A stretch of 64,000 nt of DNA, taken from contig JAVJQW010000018.1 of NCBI GenBank assembly GCA_040218735.1, forward strand, positions 32,001-96,000, in the 5' to 3' direction. Of this stretch, positions 24,424 through 34,923 are shown piece after piece. The stretch comes from Deltaproteobacteria bacterium (GTDB lineage Bacteria > Myxococcota > Kuafuiibacteriia > Kuafuiibacteriales > Kuafuiibacteriaceae). Every line of letters begins with the position of its first letter. Position 1 is the stretch's first letter. Position numbers and translations under genes: made by a program. Below the pieces are notes generated by a model. That model saw only the letters and a program-made list of their open reading frames with translations, made no database searches and was not told the DNA's origin.

Positions 24424-25875
24424 ATGAGGTCGAGGCTCGTCCTGCTGTTCCCCCTGTTCGTCGCCTGCGCGGGCGTCGACGACGACACACCCGACCGTGA
24501 TGGCGGCGTCGCCCAATACGACGGTGGAGCGGTTCGCGACGCGGGCTCGACGCCGGACGCGGGCACGCCCGACGGCGGCGACGAGACCATCGAGGCCATC
24601 ATCGAGGTCGTTCAACCGATGATCGATGAAGGTTGGTACCCGAGTGTCTCCATCGCGTGGGTCGAGGCCGGCGAGGTGCGTTATCTCGGTCTCGGCGAAA
24701 CAGGACCCGGTGGCGCCGCGCCGACGCCGGACACCCTCTACGAGATCGGCTCGGTCACGAAGACGTTCACCGGGACGTTGCTCGGAGACATGATCGCAAA
24801 TGGCGAAGTGACGGCCGACGCCACGGCGCAGAGCGTGGCGTGGCCGACGCTGACGATGCCGACTCGTGCCGGCGCCCCCGAAATCACGCTGGAGGATCTC
24901 GCGACGCACTTCTCCGCGTTGCCGCGCCTCCCGTCGAACCTCGCGCCCGCGGATCCGGCGGACCCGTACGTCGACTACACGACGAATGACCTCGAGACGT
25001 TCCTCGCTGGCTACGCGCTACCGCGCGCGCCGGGGGCTTCGTTCGAGTACAGCAACCTCGGCGTCGGGCTGCTCGGGCAGCTCCTCGCGCACACGGCGTC
25101 GACGACGTACACCTCGCTCCTCCAGACGCGGGTGCTCGCGCCGCTCGGGATGATGGATACGACGTTTGTCCTCGACGCCGAGCAGCAGACGAGGCTCGCG
25201 CCGGGTTACGACTACAACGGTGAGCCGACCTCGAACTGGGACCTCGGGATCTTCGATCCCGCGGGTGGGTTGGAGAGCTCCGCGCGGGACATGATGTTGT
25301 ACGCGCAGGGCTACCTCGATCGCACGACGCTCGCGGATGCGATCGACGAGGCGACGACGCCGCGCGGGACGTTGGACCCGTCCGTGTCGGTCGGCCTGAA
25401 CTGGTTCATCGGCGCGGAGGCCATCTTTCACGACGGCGCGACCGGTGGGTACAACGCATTGTTCGTCCTCGTCCCCGATGATGACCTCGCCGTCGTCGTA
25501 CTCACGAACGGGTCCGGCTATCAGACCGGGGCGATGGGTTTCGCGGTGGTGCAGGCCATCCGCGGTCGCGCCACGAACCCACCGGATCCCAAGCCGACCG
25601 TCCCGGTCGAATCGTCGGTCCTCGCGGCGAACGCAGGGGACTACCGGTTGGTCAACGGGAACGTGCGCGCCACGGTGACGGTCCAGGGTGAGGACCTGTG
25701 GTTCATGCTCGACCAACAGCCGCCGCTCAAGCTCTTCGCGACGAGCGACCAGGCCTACTACGTGCGCGCCGTCGAGGCGTCGGTCACGTTCGACGCGCCC
25801 GACGGCAACGGTGACGTCGATGGCTTTCAGTTCGTGCAGGGCGCCGCGATGGGGCGCTTCGAACGCACGCCCTAG
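24424..25875 (+). CDS. Serine hydrolase (class C beta-lactamase-like) lipoprotein
   Basis: Lipobox FVAC, EIGSVTK (SxxK), YSN, HDGATGG. Confidence 0.9.
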   Translation: MRSRLVLLFPLFVACAGVDDDTPDRDGGVAQYDGGAVRDAGSTPDAGTPDGGDETIEAIIEVVQPMIDEGWYPSVSIAWVEAGEVRYLGLGETGPGGAAPTPDTLYEIGSVTKTFTGTLLGDMIANGEVTADATAQSVAWPTLTMPTRAGAPEITLEDLATHFSALPRLPSNLAPADPADPYVDYTTNDLETFLAGYALPRAPGASFEYSNLGVGLLGQLLAHTASTTYTSLLQTRVLAPLGMMDTTFVLDAEQQTRLAPGYDYNGEPTSNWDLGIFDPAGGLESSARDMMLYAQGYLDRTTLADAIDEATTPRGTLDPSVSVGLNWFIGAEAIFHDGATGGYNALFVLVPDDDLAVVVLTNGSGYQTGAMGFAVVQAIRGRATNPPDPKPTVPVESSVLAANAGDYRLVNGNVRATVTVQGEDLWFMLDQQPPLKLFATSDQAYYVRAVEASVTFDAPDGNGDVDGFQFVQGAAMGRFERTP

Positions 25876-27659
25876 CGGGCGAGGACCGCCAACACCTTGC
25901 CGAACTCGATGGCGGCGTTGATGTCGCCGTCGACCTTCAGCTTGCCCTGCATGAACGCGGCGGTGCCGTCGAGCTCGCCGCGAGCCATCATCAGGAAGTG
26001 CGGCGTGTCCATCTGCAGCGTGCAGCGGACGTCTTCGCGCTCGCCGCGGTCTATCCGAGCCGGGGTCTGGTCGAGGTCGAATACCCAGCGCTCGACGTCG
26101 TCGCCGGTGACCGTGAACTGGAAGATGCCGTGCGCGGGGAGCTCGAGGTTCGGCGTCGCCGCGACCTTCTTCTGCGCCGCGACGAAGAAGTCCGAGACCT
26201 TGCCGTCGTTCGACGGCGCCGGGACGTCCTCGGGTTCCTCCAGCGGTAGGACCGCGGCCTCCAGCTCGTTCGCCGACTCACGTAGGTAGCGCGAGAAGTC
26301 ATCGAGGTCTGGCATCACCGCGGGCGACGACAGGGAGCTGATCGCCATGACACCGTCGTAGGTCGTGACCGTGATGATCAAACCCATCCCGTCGAGGATA
26401 GGCGCCATGGCCATCTGCGCGAGGAGGCGTGAGCCGTTCAGGTAGAGCGGAACCTGCGGGCCCGGGACGTTCGTGATGACGCAGTTGAACACCGGCCGGT
26501 GAAGGTTCGACATCTTCGTGCGTGAGTAGAGCCTCGCGGCCTGACCCGCGATGCCGAACGGCACCAACTCACTCGCCTGCATGAGCGCACGCGCGTCGAT
26601 CGCACCTTGGTAGGTCTTCTGCGCGACGGTCGTCTCGTGCACGCGGCGGACGCGGTCGAGCGGGTCGGCGACGTCGGTCGCGAGCTGAACGAACATCGCC
26701 GAGACGTGATTACCCATCGTGTTCTTCTCGGCGGCGGTGCGCGTCGACACCGGGACCATCGCGACGAGCGGCTCCTTCGGCAGCGCGTCCTTCGCCGCCA
26801 GGTAGCGGCGCAACCCACCCGCGCAGATCGCGAGGACGACGTCGTTCACCGTGCAACCCATGATGCGTTTGAGTTTCTTGACCCGGTCCAGCGAGAGGAG
26901 CGCGGTGTTCCACAGGCGGTCGGCGGAGATCGGTGCGTTGATCGGTGTCGGCGGCGCGTTGAAGGGGAGCGTCGGCGAAGCCTCCTTCTGCGCACGCGCG
27001 CGCAGGGTCGCCTTCACGCCTTCGCGTACCAACCCCGGGAGGAGCCGCGGCCGCCGCGCGAGCTGCTTCGCCGCCTTCTTCACGAGGTCGCGGTTCGACG
27101 GGACCGCGTAGGGTGCGTGCGTCATCGGCGCGGGGACGTTGCGCGGTTCCTTCGACAGATCGAACAACACCCCCGCGATGTCGACGCCCGACATGCCGTC
27201 GATCGCCGCGTGGTGGATCTTGCTGATGACGCCGACGGAGCCCGGCGGGATTTGTGGGATCTCGTCGAGTGCTTCGACGAACACCATCTCCCAGAGCGGC
27301 CGGCTCCGATCCAGCGGTCGCGCGAACAGCCGCGCGCAGAGGCGACGCAGCTGCCGCCAGTCTCCGGGTTTGGGGAGCGCAGTGTGGTGGAGGTGCCAGT
27401 CGATGTTGAAGTCCGGGTCGTCCATCCAGTACGGCTTGTCGAGGCCGAGCGGGACCTCGACGAGGCGTTGCCTGAAGCTCTTCACCAGGTGCAGGCGCGA
27501 CGCGAGGTGCTCACGGAACGCGTCGAAGTCGAGTGTGCCGTCGAGGATGCAGAGGCTCCCGACGTGCATCGGGGACCGCGGCGTCTCGAGGTACAGGAAC
27601 ATCGAGTCGAGCCCGGAGAGCGGCTCGAGGTGGTCGTCTTCCGAGAAGAGCGTCGTCAC
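25872..27659 (-). CDS. Wax ester synthase/DGAT fused to SCP2 lipid-binding domain
   Basis: PMHVG, PLDRSRPLWE, HHAAIDG, TNVPGP; C-terminal AFMQGKLKVDGD. Confidence 0.92.
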   Translation of the reverse strand: MTTLFSEDDHLEPLSGLDSMFLYLETPRSPMHVGSLCILDGTLDFDAFREHLASRLHLVKSFRQRLVEVPLGLDKPYWMDDPDFNIDWHLHHTALPKPGDWRQLRRLCARLFARPLDRSRPLWEMVFVEALDEIPQIPPGSVGVISKIHHAAIDGMSGVDIAGVLFDLSKEPRNVPAPMTHAPYAVPSNRDLVKKAAKQLARRPRLLPGLVREGVKATLRARAQKEASPTLPFNAPPTPINAPISADRLWNTALLSLDRVKKLKRIMGCTVNDVVLAICAGGLRRYLAAKDALPKEPLVAMVPVSTRTAAEKNTMGNHVSAMFVQLATDVADPLDRVRRVHETTVAQKTYQGAIDARALMQASELVPFGIAGQAARLYSRTKMSNLHRPVFNCVITNVPGPQVPLYLNGSRLLAQMAMAPILDGMGLIITVTTYDGVMAISSLSSPAVMPDLDDFSRYLRESANELEAAVLPLEEPEDVPAPSNDGKVSDFFVAAQKKVAATPNLELPAHGIFQFTVTGDDVERWVFDLDQTPARIDRGEREDVRCTLQMDTPHFLMMARGELDGTAAFMQGKLKVDGDINAAIEFGKVLAVLAR

Positions 27660-27676
27660 GGCCGACGCAGCATAGA

Positions 27677-28147
27677 TCAGTCGAGGAGCCGGTACATCAC
27701 GAGGGCGTCCACGTAGCCGTCCGACTCGTGCAGGAACGACTGGGGCAAGGTCCCCACCACGTCGAATCCGAGCTTCTTCCAGAGGTTGATCGCGGTCTCG
27801 TTGGTGGCGACGACCAGGTTGAACTGGAGCGCACGGAAGCCACGTTCGCGGGCGGCGGTCAGGGAGTGCTCGCCGAGCGCACGACCGACCCCTTGGTTTC
27901 GCGCGGCCTCGGTCACGGCGTAGGAGGCGTTGGCGACGTGTGCGCCGCGGCCCGGCTGGTTCGCGCGGAAGAAGTAGGCGCCGAGGAGCGCATCGCCTTC
28001 GACCGCGACGAACGCATGACCGCGGAGGAACGCCGAGACGAAGTCGTTGGCGTCCTCGAAGACATACGTCGTGCCATCCTTCACGATCGTCTGCGCGAGC
28101 TCGAAGAGCTGCGGAACGTCACCGTCGCGGAGCGGCCTGATCTCCAT
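27677..28147 (-). CDS. GNAT family N-acetyltransferase
   Basis: HVANASY, RNQGVGRAL, FNLVVATN..A..LWKKLGF. Confidence 0.92.
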   Translation of the reverse strand: MEIRPLRDGDVPQLFELAQTIVKDGTTYVFEDANDFVSAFLRGHAFVAVEGDALLGAYFFRANQPGRGAHVANASYAVTEAARNQGVGRALGEHSLTAARERGFRALQFNLVVATNETAINLWKKLGFDVVGTLPQSFLHESDGYVDALVMYRLLD

Positions 28148-28172
28148 CGGGGCCCGATACTAATCCCAAGCC

Positions 28173-29477
28173 TCAGTCCGCGAAACTGAACGCTGCCCAG
28201 CGCCGGTCGCTTCCGTAGGGGTGCATGCGCCGGGTCTCGGGCTCGATGGCCGTGACCGCCCCGCCGTGCCGGACGACGACCCACTGTCCGTCCCAGGACC
28301 AGGTGAGCTCGCGGACCTCGCCGAGCACGTAGAGGTCGTCGCGCCCGCGCTCGTCGACGAGGCGCACCGCGTTGCCGTCGTGGACGGCGACCCACCCGCC
28401 ACGGCCGTCCATGCGGCCATGGGTGACGCGGACCCCGTCGAGTCCGTCGATGACGAGACCGTCGCGGTCGAAGACGGCGAATCCTTCGGTGCCGAACGCG
28501 AGGAAGCGATCACTCGCCGCGTGGACCTCCGAGAGCGAGGTCCCCACCGTGGCCGGGACGCGGAAGTCGGTGAGGTTTCGGGTGTCGAGCATCCACATCG
28601 AACCGGTCGTGCGGCGGATGAACGTCACGTAGCGACCGTCGGGCGAGACCGCGAAGGATTCGATCGGCCCCTGCGCGCACCACGACTGGAGCCACCGTCC
28701 CTGCTCGCGCCGGACGAGGCAGCCGTCGCCCCAGCCGATCGCGGGCGCGAGCGTGCGGTAGAAGAGGAGGCGGTCGTCGCCGGCCCACTTCACCTCGAAG
28801 ACGAGGTGTTGCGGCGCCGGCTCGATCGACTGCACGCCGTTGCTCCCCAGGATCGAGAGGCGTTGGCGACCGAAGGCGAGCTCGGTGGAGGCATGGTTCC
28901 AGAAGACGTTCGCGGCGTCGCCGCTCGCCGGGTACTCGACCTGCGAGCCGTCGGCCTGGACGAGGCGGAGCTTCGTCGGGTCGCCGCGGACGCGCGCGGC
29001 GAGCGTCGTGCCGTCCGGCGACCACGCGCCCGCGGCACGATCGACGGGCTCGGTGGGGACGAGGAGCCCGCGGTCCACGTCGTACAACGCGGAGCCCCCG
29101 TCGTGGTCGACGATGACCCGTCGGCCGCCGGGGGCGATGAGCCCGAATGTAATGCCGGCCTCTGCCGTGACCCGCCGCGTCGTGAGCGTCGGCTCGACGG
29201 ACACGAACATCGTCGCTTCTTTCGTGAACGGATCGAGGTAGCGCGCGTAGGCACCCGCCACCGATCCGCCGAAGCTCTCGTGCAGGACCGGCGCTCCAGG
29301 ATCGGCCAACGCGGTTCGGACGCCGTTGCCGTCGGCGTAGTCGACCTCACCTTCCTCGGTGAGGAGCCACAGCGGAGGAGGCGGAGCGTCGGGCGGTCGA
29401 TCGGCGATGATGATCTGTCGAGTGAGCGGGCCGCTGTCGGCGTTGCAGGCCCCGAGGAGGAAGCAGAGGACGGTCAT
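28173..29477 (-). CDS. TolB-like beta-propeller lipoprotein
   Basis: MTVLCFLLGAC lipobox; WSPDG, VSPDGR, WSWDG blade motifs. Confidence 0.65.
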   Translation of the reverse strand: MTVLCFLLGACNADSGPLTRQIIIADRPPDAPPPPLWLLTEEGEVDYADGNGVRTALADPGAPVLHESFGGSVAGAYARYLDPFTKEATMFVSVEPTLTTRRVTAEAGITFGLIAPGGRRVIVDHDGGSALYDVDRGLLVPTEPVDRAAGAWSPDGTTLAARVRGDPTKLRLVQADGSQVEYPASGDAANVFWNHASTELAFGRQRLSILGSNGVQSIEPAPQHLVFEVKWAGDDRLLFYRTLAPAIGWGDGCLVRREQGRWLQSWCAQGPIESFAVSPDGRYVTFIRRTTGSMWMLDTRNLTDFRVPATVGTSLSEVHAASDRFLAFGTEGFAVFDRDGLVIDGLDGVRVTHGRMDGRGGWVAVHDGNAVRLVDERGRDDLYVLGEVRELTWSWDGQWVVVRHGGAVTAIEPETRRMHPYGSDRRWAAFSFAD

Positions 29478-29532
29478 CGAGCGACGCACGCACCGAGAAC
29501 GGCGCGTGCGTCGTGACATATCGCGACAAAGA

Positions 29533-30183
29533 TCAGCGGATCGCGCGAATCGGAGCGAGGGCTCGCGCGCGACGTCTGAGCCAAGGGACGTCGCGCTCCG
29601 GGGCGTCGATGCGGAGCGTGAACGGCGCGTCGACGGTTCCGGTCGGCGTGACGTCGATCGGTTCGTCGTACAGCTCGCTCAACACGTTGCGGGCGATCGG
29701 TGCGCCGCGCTCGAAGGTCTCCCGGTCGTTCGGCGCGTAGAGCGGATCGTGAACGGCGACTTCGAAGCTGTCGGTGCGCACGGTGAAGCTCGGTGGCGTG
29801 CGCGGGTCGTCGCCGATCCGGGTGACCAGCTCCAGCGTGCGGCCGATGGATTCGAAGAGGCGGAGGCGCACGGGGGCGCTCCATCGACGTCGCTGCACAC
29901 GGGTGAGGCTCGCGTGCGGGCCGTCGGTCAGCACGTAGTGCGCGTTGGTCGCGACGAGGAGGAGGCTACGCGATCCCGGGACCTGCGTGATGACGTCCAC
30001 GAGCGACTCGCCTTCCAAGCCCTCGATCACGAGATCGTGGAACACGGCGACGAGCGCCGACAGATCGGCGGCGAATGGGTTGTCGAGGTGGAAGCGCACC
30101 GCGATCTTCGGTGACGCGAAGGGCCCCGGCAGGGGGTGGAGCGGGCCGAGGCGTTCCGCCGCGGACGAGGGTCTGTGGGTCAT
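29533..30183 (-). CDS. Hypothetical protein
   Basis: AAGGAG RBS before ATG, host-like codon bias; no motif recognised. Confidence 0.55.
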   Translation of the reverse strand: MTHRPSSAAERLGPLHPLPGPFASPKIAVRFHLDNPFAADLSALVAVFHDLVIEGLEGESLVDVITQVPGSRSLLLVATNAHYVLTDGPHASLTRVQRRRWSAPVRLRLFESIGRTLELVTRIGDDPRTPPSFTVRTDSFEVAVHDPLYAPNDRETFERGAPIARNVLSELYDEPIDVTPTGTVDAPFTLRIDAPERDVPWLRRRARALAPIRAIR

Positions 30184-30390
30184 GTCGGTCTCCTTCGACG
30201 ACGATGCGTCGAGTCCGGCCGCCTACCTGAAGCGGCTCACGTTCGGGGGGTGAACGAGGACGGGCCCGCGCGATCGAGGAGGTGGACGGTCCGCCTCTTC
30301 AGCCGCGGGGCCGAAGACAGGTGCAACAGCGGTTCGTGAAGACGCGCACCATGGGGACGTGTCGAGGCTAAGGCTCTCAGCGCGGCGCGG

Positions 30391-32022
30391 TCAATCCACG
30401 TCGGCCAGCAAACGTTCGCGGCACGCGGCGGCGGCGGCGCCGGGCGCCTCGGCGTAGCGCGTGTACGGGATCTTCACGTCCACGCGTTCGAGCATGGGGT
30501 GGAAGCGCGGCGAGACGCCGGCGAGCGCGAGCTTCTGGCCCTTCTCCGCGAGGCGTCGGTCGAGATCCTCGAGCGCCTGAATCGCGCCGAGGCGCGCCTG
30601 GTGTGCGTGGCTGAGGTCGACGATGACGTACTTGGCGTCCCCCGGCACCAACGACTCGATCTTCTCGTCCAGCGCGTCGACCGCCGCGAAGAAGATCGCG
30701 CCGCTGATCTCCACGACGATGAAGGCGCTCGGCGTCGCCGGGTCGTGCGGCACCAGTCGGTCCCCGTCGAAGTCGAGGACCGTGAACCGCGGCTCGCTGC
30801 TGATCGCGAGTTGAATCGCGAGCGCGACGCCGACGCCGAGGAGGATCGCCCAGACGAAGGGGAGCGTGATCGTGCCGACCAACGTCACCGCGAACAGCAG
30901 TCGCGACGCGCGCGCGGTGCGCCAGATGCGTTTGACGCGTCGCCGCTTCACCATGCCCGCCGCGGTGATCAACAGGATCCCCGCGAGGCTCGACTGCGGC
31001 ATCATCCCCACCACACCGGCGCCGAAGAAGATCACGGGGAGCACGAACGTCGCGGAGGCGAGGGCCGCGAAGAGCGTTCGGCCGCCGGTCGTCTCGAGGA
31101 GCGCGCTGCGGGTGAGGCTCGCGCTCGCCGGAATGCCGCCGAGGAACGCGCCGGCGGCGTTGCCGATCCCCTGCGCGAGGATCTCGCGTTTCATCGAGGT
31201 CGGCTCCGCCGTGCGTCGGAGCGTGACGGTGAGCTCGAGCGTCCCGAGCATCACGATCGCGCACGCGGGGAGGAACAGCTCGCCGTACACCTGCGGGTCG
31301 AGCGAGGGCATCGCAAACGGAGGCCACCCCGACGGCATCGTCGCGGCGTCGGCGACGATCGGCAGCGCGTAACCCGCGTCGCGGATGAACGGCGCGGCGA
31401 TCGCGGCCGCGACGACCAGCACGAGCGGCGTCGGGAAGCGCGGGAACCACCGCTTGCCCGCCGCGACGCCGACGACGGTCGCGGTGGCGATCGCGATCGC
31501 GGCGACCTTCGGTTCGTCGCTCGCGTTGAGGATGGAGGCGACCTGCGTCCACAGGTTCGTGCCGCGCACGGTCTCGAGACCGAGCGCCTCGTCGAGCTGC
31601 ATCAGCCCGATGAGGATCCCCGCGCCTGCGGTGAAGCCGGTGAGCACCGACGTGGAGATGAACCGAACCAGCGCGCCGCCTCCGACGAGCGCCAGGCCGA
31701 TCCGCAGGACCGCCGCGAGGAGGACGAGGCTCGCGAGGAGCGCGAGGTGCTCCGCGGGGAGCAAACCGTTGGCGCCGAGGTAGGGCGCGATCGCGGCGAG
31801 CACCAACAGGCCGGTGGTGTTGGTCGGGCCCGTCGCGATGTTCGGCGCGGCGCCGGCGAGCGCGGCGACCATCCCCGCGACGGCGGCGGTCGTCAGGCCG
31901 TACGCGGGCGGCAGCCCGGCGATCAACGCGTACGCGAGGCACTGCGGGAGGCCGACGAGGGTGACGGTGATTCCGGCGACGAGATCGGCGCGCAGGTGCG
32001 TCGTATCGAGCGCGCGGATCAC
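30391..32022 (-). CDS. SulP family anion transporter with STAS domain
   Basis: DLVAGITV..V.LPQ.LAYA.IAGLP..YGL, EILAQGIGN, SLTRS, GAIFFAAV. Confidence 0.93.
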   Translation of the reverse strand: MIRALDTTHLRADLVAGITVTLVGLPQCLAYALIAGLPPAYGLTTAAVAGMVAALAGAAPNIATGPTNTTGLLVLAAIAPYLGANGLLPAEHLALLASLVLLAAVLRIGLALVGGGALVRFISTSVLTGFTAGAGILIGLMQLDEALGLETVRGTNLWTQVASILNASDEPKVAAIAIATATVVGVAAGKRWFPRFPTPLVLVVAAAIAAPFIRDAGYALPIVADAATMPSGWPPFAMPSLDPQVYGELFLPACAIVMLGTLELTVTLRRTAEPTSMKREILAQGIGNAAGAFLGGIPASASLTRSALLETTGGRTLFAALASATFVLPVIFFGAGVVGMMPQSSLAGILLITAAGMVKRRRVKRIWRTARASRLLFAVTLVGTITLPFVWAILLGVGVALAIQLAISSEPRFTVLDFDGDRLVPHDPATPSAFIVVEISGAIFFAAVDALDEKIESLVPGDAKYVIVDLSHAHQARLGAIQALEDLDRRLAEKGQKLALAGVSPRFHPMLERVDVKIPYTRYAEAPGAAAAACRERLLADVD

Positions 32023-32059
32023 TTGGGGAGACTGCGATCGAACGCGCTCGAAAGAAAAC

Positions 32060-33097
32060 TCAAGTCTGGGCGAAACGGTGGACGCGGGACTTCTTGTTCT
32101 TCTCCGCCACGACGATCAGGTCGGTGGTGTCGCGATCGAAGCCGATGCCCTCGGGTTTTGTGCCCTTCGAGTCCGGGATGTCGGTGATCCCCACCAGCTC
32201 GATGGAGAGGTTCTCGATGAGCCCTCCGCGTTGGGGCTGCGTCTGCTGCTTCAACTCCAGCTCCACGATCGTGCGCTCGCGATCGCTCAGGCAGAACACG
32301 TGCCCGGTCTCGGGGTGCACCGCGACGTCGCTGATGTCGAGGAGGTGCTCGCGCGCTTGCCGCGGCACGCGGAACGACTGCGCCGGCTGCAGCGGGCTGT
32401 CGTTGCCGTCCGGGGGGATGTCGAAGATCGAGATCTGTGGCGGGTCGGCTTCGTGGATCGCGATCAAGCGATCCGCGCCGTCCGTGAAACGACCGGGGAG
32501 GATCGCGATGCCCTCCCAGCCGTTGTCCGTGCCGTCGTTGAGGCGCGGCAGGGACCCGAGCGGGATCGGCGCGCCCGCGCTGAGGTCGTTGCCCGAGCCC
32601 GACAGCGGGATGCGGTAGATCGTCCGCGAAGCCTCCGAGACGACGAACGCGTTCTTCTCGGCCGCGTCGACCGTGATGCCCTCGAGGTCCGACAGCTCGG
32701 GTGTGTAGTGATCGTGGTCTTCGTCCTTGGCGTGGAGGAGGGCTTTGGACTTGCCGTTCTTCTTCACGAAGAACACGCCGCGGCAGTCGTCGATGACGAG
32801 CATCCGCCCGCCGCTGAGCGGGGCGACGCCCGAGGCCTCGGAGACGTCGAGTTTTTCGACGCCCCGGTGGTCGAGGCGCGCCGCGGAGGGGAGCGTGGTC
32901 TTGAAGCGCGAGACGACCCGGCGGCCGGCCTTGTCGGTGAAGGCGTCGAAGCGCGCGGCGATCAGCGCGTCGATCTCCGGTCGAACCTCGTCTTCCTTGC
33001 CGGCGGGGGCCGCCTCGTAGAGCGCGTCGATGTCTCGGGCGCGGATCTCGGGGGCGGTTCGGAGCCGGGACAGGAGGCGGCCGACGTCGCTCGACAT
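32060..33097 (-). CDS. SdiA-regulated/YjiK-like beta-propeller protein
   Basis: EASGV, DLEGIT, GWEGIA, DISDV, KPEGIGFD repeats. Confidence 0.7.
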   Translation of the reverse strand: MSSDVGRLLSRLRTAPEIRARDIDALYEAAPAGKEDEVRPEIDALIAARFDAFTDKAGRRVVSRFKTTLPSAARLDHRGVEKLDVSEASGVAPLSGGRMLVIDDCRGVFFVKKNGKSKALLHAKDEDHDHYTPELSDLEGITVDAAEKNAFVVSEASRTIYRIPLSGSGNDLSAGAPIPLGSLPRLNDGTDNGWEGIAILPGRFTDGADRLIAIHEADPPQISIFDIPPDGNDSPLQPAQSFRVPRQAREHLLDISDVAVHPETGHVFCLSDRERTIVELELKQQTQPQRGGLIENLSIELVGITDIPDSKGTKPEGIGFDRDTTDLIVVAEKNKKSRVHRFAQT

Positions 33098-33199
33098 GAC
33101 ACCAGGCTGTCACATCCGACGGAGGTAGGGAATCCTCCGTTTGGGGCCTACATCGAGGGGGCTTGGCTTCGACCCCGCCCCGTTGCTCTCCTCGTCGCG

Positions 33200-33577
33200 A
33201 TGCGGTGGCTGAAGCGGATCTTCGTGGTCGTCCTGCTCCTCGGGGCCGCGGGGTTCGCGGGGTACCGCATCTACCGCGGGGATCCGGTGCGAACCTATTG
33301 GTGTCGCCTCGCACCGTGCACCGAGCTCGACGGCTACGACGCGCTCTGTCGCGCCGCCTCCATCGCCGAGCTCGCGGACGCCGAATGCCCCGCTCGGGCG
33401 CTCCCTACGCTCGTCGCCGAGGACCCGGACGCGACGCCGGTCCGTGAAGCGCTGACCGTCGCCCTCGACCGGCCGGCGCCGTACCCGGCGCTCGAAGCCC
33501 AGGCTCGCGCCGCCGGTGCGCCCGACTGGCGGTGCCCGCCGCTGTCTCGCGTCGTGACGTCGACCTGCGCCCGGTGA
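33200..33577 (+). CDS. Small Cys-rich membrane-anchored hypothetical protein
   Basis: MRWLKRIFVVVLLLG anchor, several Cys, DWRCPPL. Confidence 0.55.
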   Translation: MRWLKRIFVVVLLLGAAGFAGYRIYRGDPVRTYWCRLAPCTELDGYDALCRAASIAELADAECPARALPTLVAEDPDATPVREALTVALDRPAPYPALEAQARAAGAPDWRCPPLSRVVTSTCAR

Positions 33578-33643
33578 GGGTCCACCCCCGACGCATCATT
33601 TTCTGGCAGGTTCGAAAGGCACGGTCGGTCGAATCTGCAGGAC

Positions 33644-34177
33644 GTGCCATTGGGGCGGAACGAAGTGTCGGGGCTGACGGTCGATGAAATCGAAGAACTC
33701 TATGGTCGCTACGGTGAGAGCGTGCTGCATCGGTGTCGGCAGTTCGTCCGGAGCGAGGCCGAAGCGTGGGACGCGATGCACCAGACGTTCGTCCGCGCCA
33801 TCAAGTACCGGACGAGTTACCGCGCCGAGTGCCACCCGCGCACCTGGCTCTTCACCATCGCGACCCGCGTCTGCATGGACGAGCTGCGCACGAAGAAGAA
33901 ACACGCCCACGGCTCGATCGAAGACGCCAACGAGCCGCACGACGACGGCGCGGTCCCGAGGACCCTCGAGGCCCAGCTGTCGCACCAGAAGACGGTCACA
34001 CGCCTGCTGTCGCTGTTCTCCACGAAGATCCAGGAGATCGTCGTGATGCGGTACTTCGACGAGATGGAAGTGAAGGAGATCTCGGCGCAGACCGGGCTCT
34101 CGGAGCGGACGGTGGCGCGCCGCCTGAGTCAGTTCATGGATCGCTCGCGCAGGATCCTCGAGGAGCAAAGCGCATGA
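33644..34177 (+). CDS. ECF RNA polymerase sigma factor
   Basis: AWDAMHQTF, WLFTIATRVC, region 4 EISAQTGLSERTV. Confidence 0.9.
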   Translation: MPLGRNEVSGLTVDEIEELYGRYGESVLHRCRQFVRSEAEAWDAMHQTFVRAIKYRTSYRAECHPRTWLFTIATRVCMDELRTKKKHAHGSIEDANEPHDDGAVPRTLEAQLSHQKTVTRLLSLFSTKIQEIVVMRYFDEMEVKEISAQTGLSERTVARRLSQFMDRSRRILEEQSA

Positions 34178-34923
34178 ACACTTCGAACAAACCGTACACG
34201 GCGCGGGAGCTGGAGGACTACGTGGTGGGTGAGCTCGCCGCGGAGCGCGCCGCCGTGATCGAAGCCGCCGCTGAGGAGGATGAGTCGTTGTCGCAGTATC
34301 TCGAGTCGCGCAAGAGCGAGCGCGCCGCGTTCCTGCACGACCCCCGTCGCCGCAACTTCCAGTCGCTGGTCGACGAAGCCGGGGTCGAGAAGAAACGCGC
34401 GTGGTTCGCGCTCCCCGCGCTCGCGTTGGCGGGGGGGATCGCGGCCGCGGTGGTGTTGATGCCGACCACTCCGACCACGCCGTCGAACACGGGCGGTATC
34501 CGTACCAAGGGCGGCATCTCGGTCCAGGCCGCGGTCCTCGCGGGCGAGCGCCCCGAGCTCTTCGACGCGACGAAGGCGCTGCACCCCGGCGACCGCATCC
34601 GACTCACCGTCGACGATCCCACCGGCGGTTACGTCACCGTGATCCTCGAGGAGTCGTCCGGCGCGGTCGACGTGTTGTACCGTCCGACCGAGCTCGGTGA
34701 GCTGCGCCCCGGTTCGCACATGCTCCCCGACAGCCTCGAGCTCGACGACAAACTCGGGCGCGAACGCATTTACGTGATCATGTCGAACGAAGCGCAGGAC
34801 CCGAAGGCTTGGCTCGAAGAGATCCGCGCGTCGCACGCGAAGGCCGGCTTCGGCCACGGCTGGTTGCCGCCCGGCGGGACGCGCGTCGGGACGATCGAGT
34901 ACGAGAAGGTCGACACGAAGTGA
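34174..34923 (+). CDS. Putative anti-sigma factor with TM helix and DUF4384-like C-terminal domain
   Basis: ATGA overlap with sigma gene; LEDYVVGEL, TM, IRTKG, LHPGDRIRL, SLELDD..GRERI. Confidence 0.65.
   Translation: MNTSNKPYTARELEDYVVGELAAERAAVIEAAAEEDESLSQYLESRKSERAAFLHDPRRRNFQSLVDEAGVEKKRAWFALPALALAGGIAAAVVLMPTTPTTPSNTGGIRTKGGISVQAAVLAGERPELFDATKALHPGDRIRLTVDDPTGGYVTVILEESSGAVDVLYRPTELGELRPGSHMLPDSLELDDKLGRERIYVIMSNEAQDPKAWLEEIRASHAKAGFGHGWLPPGGTRVGTIEYEKVDTK

Noticed and set aside
24424-25875. Antibiotic-resistance beta-lactamase
   Set aside because: The motifs are shared by many esterases and peptidases of this fold; activity cannot be assigned from sequence.
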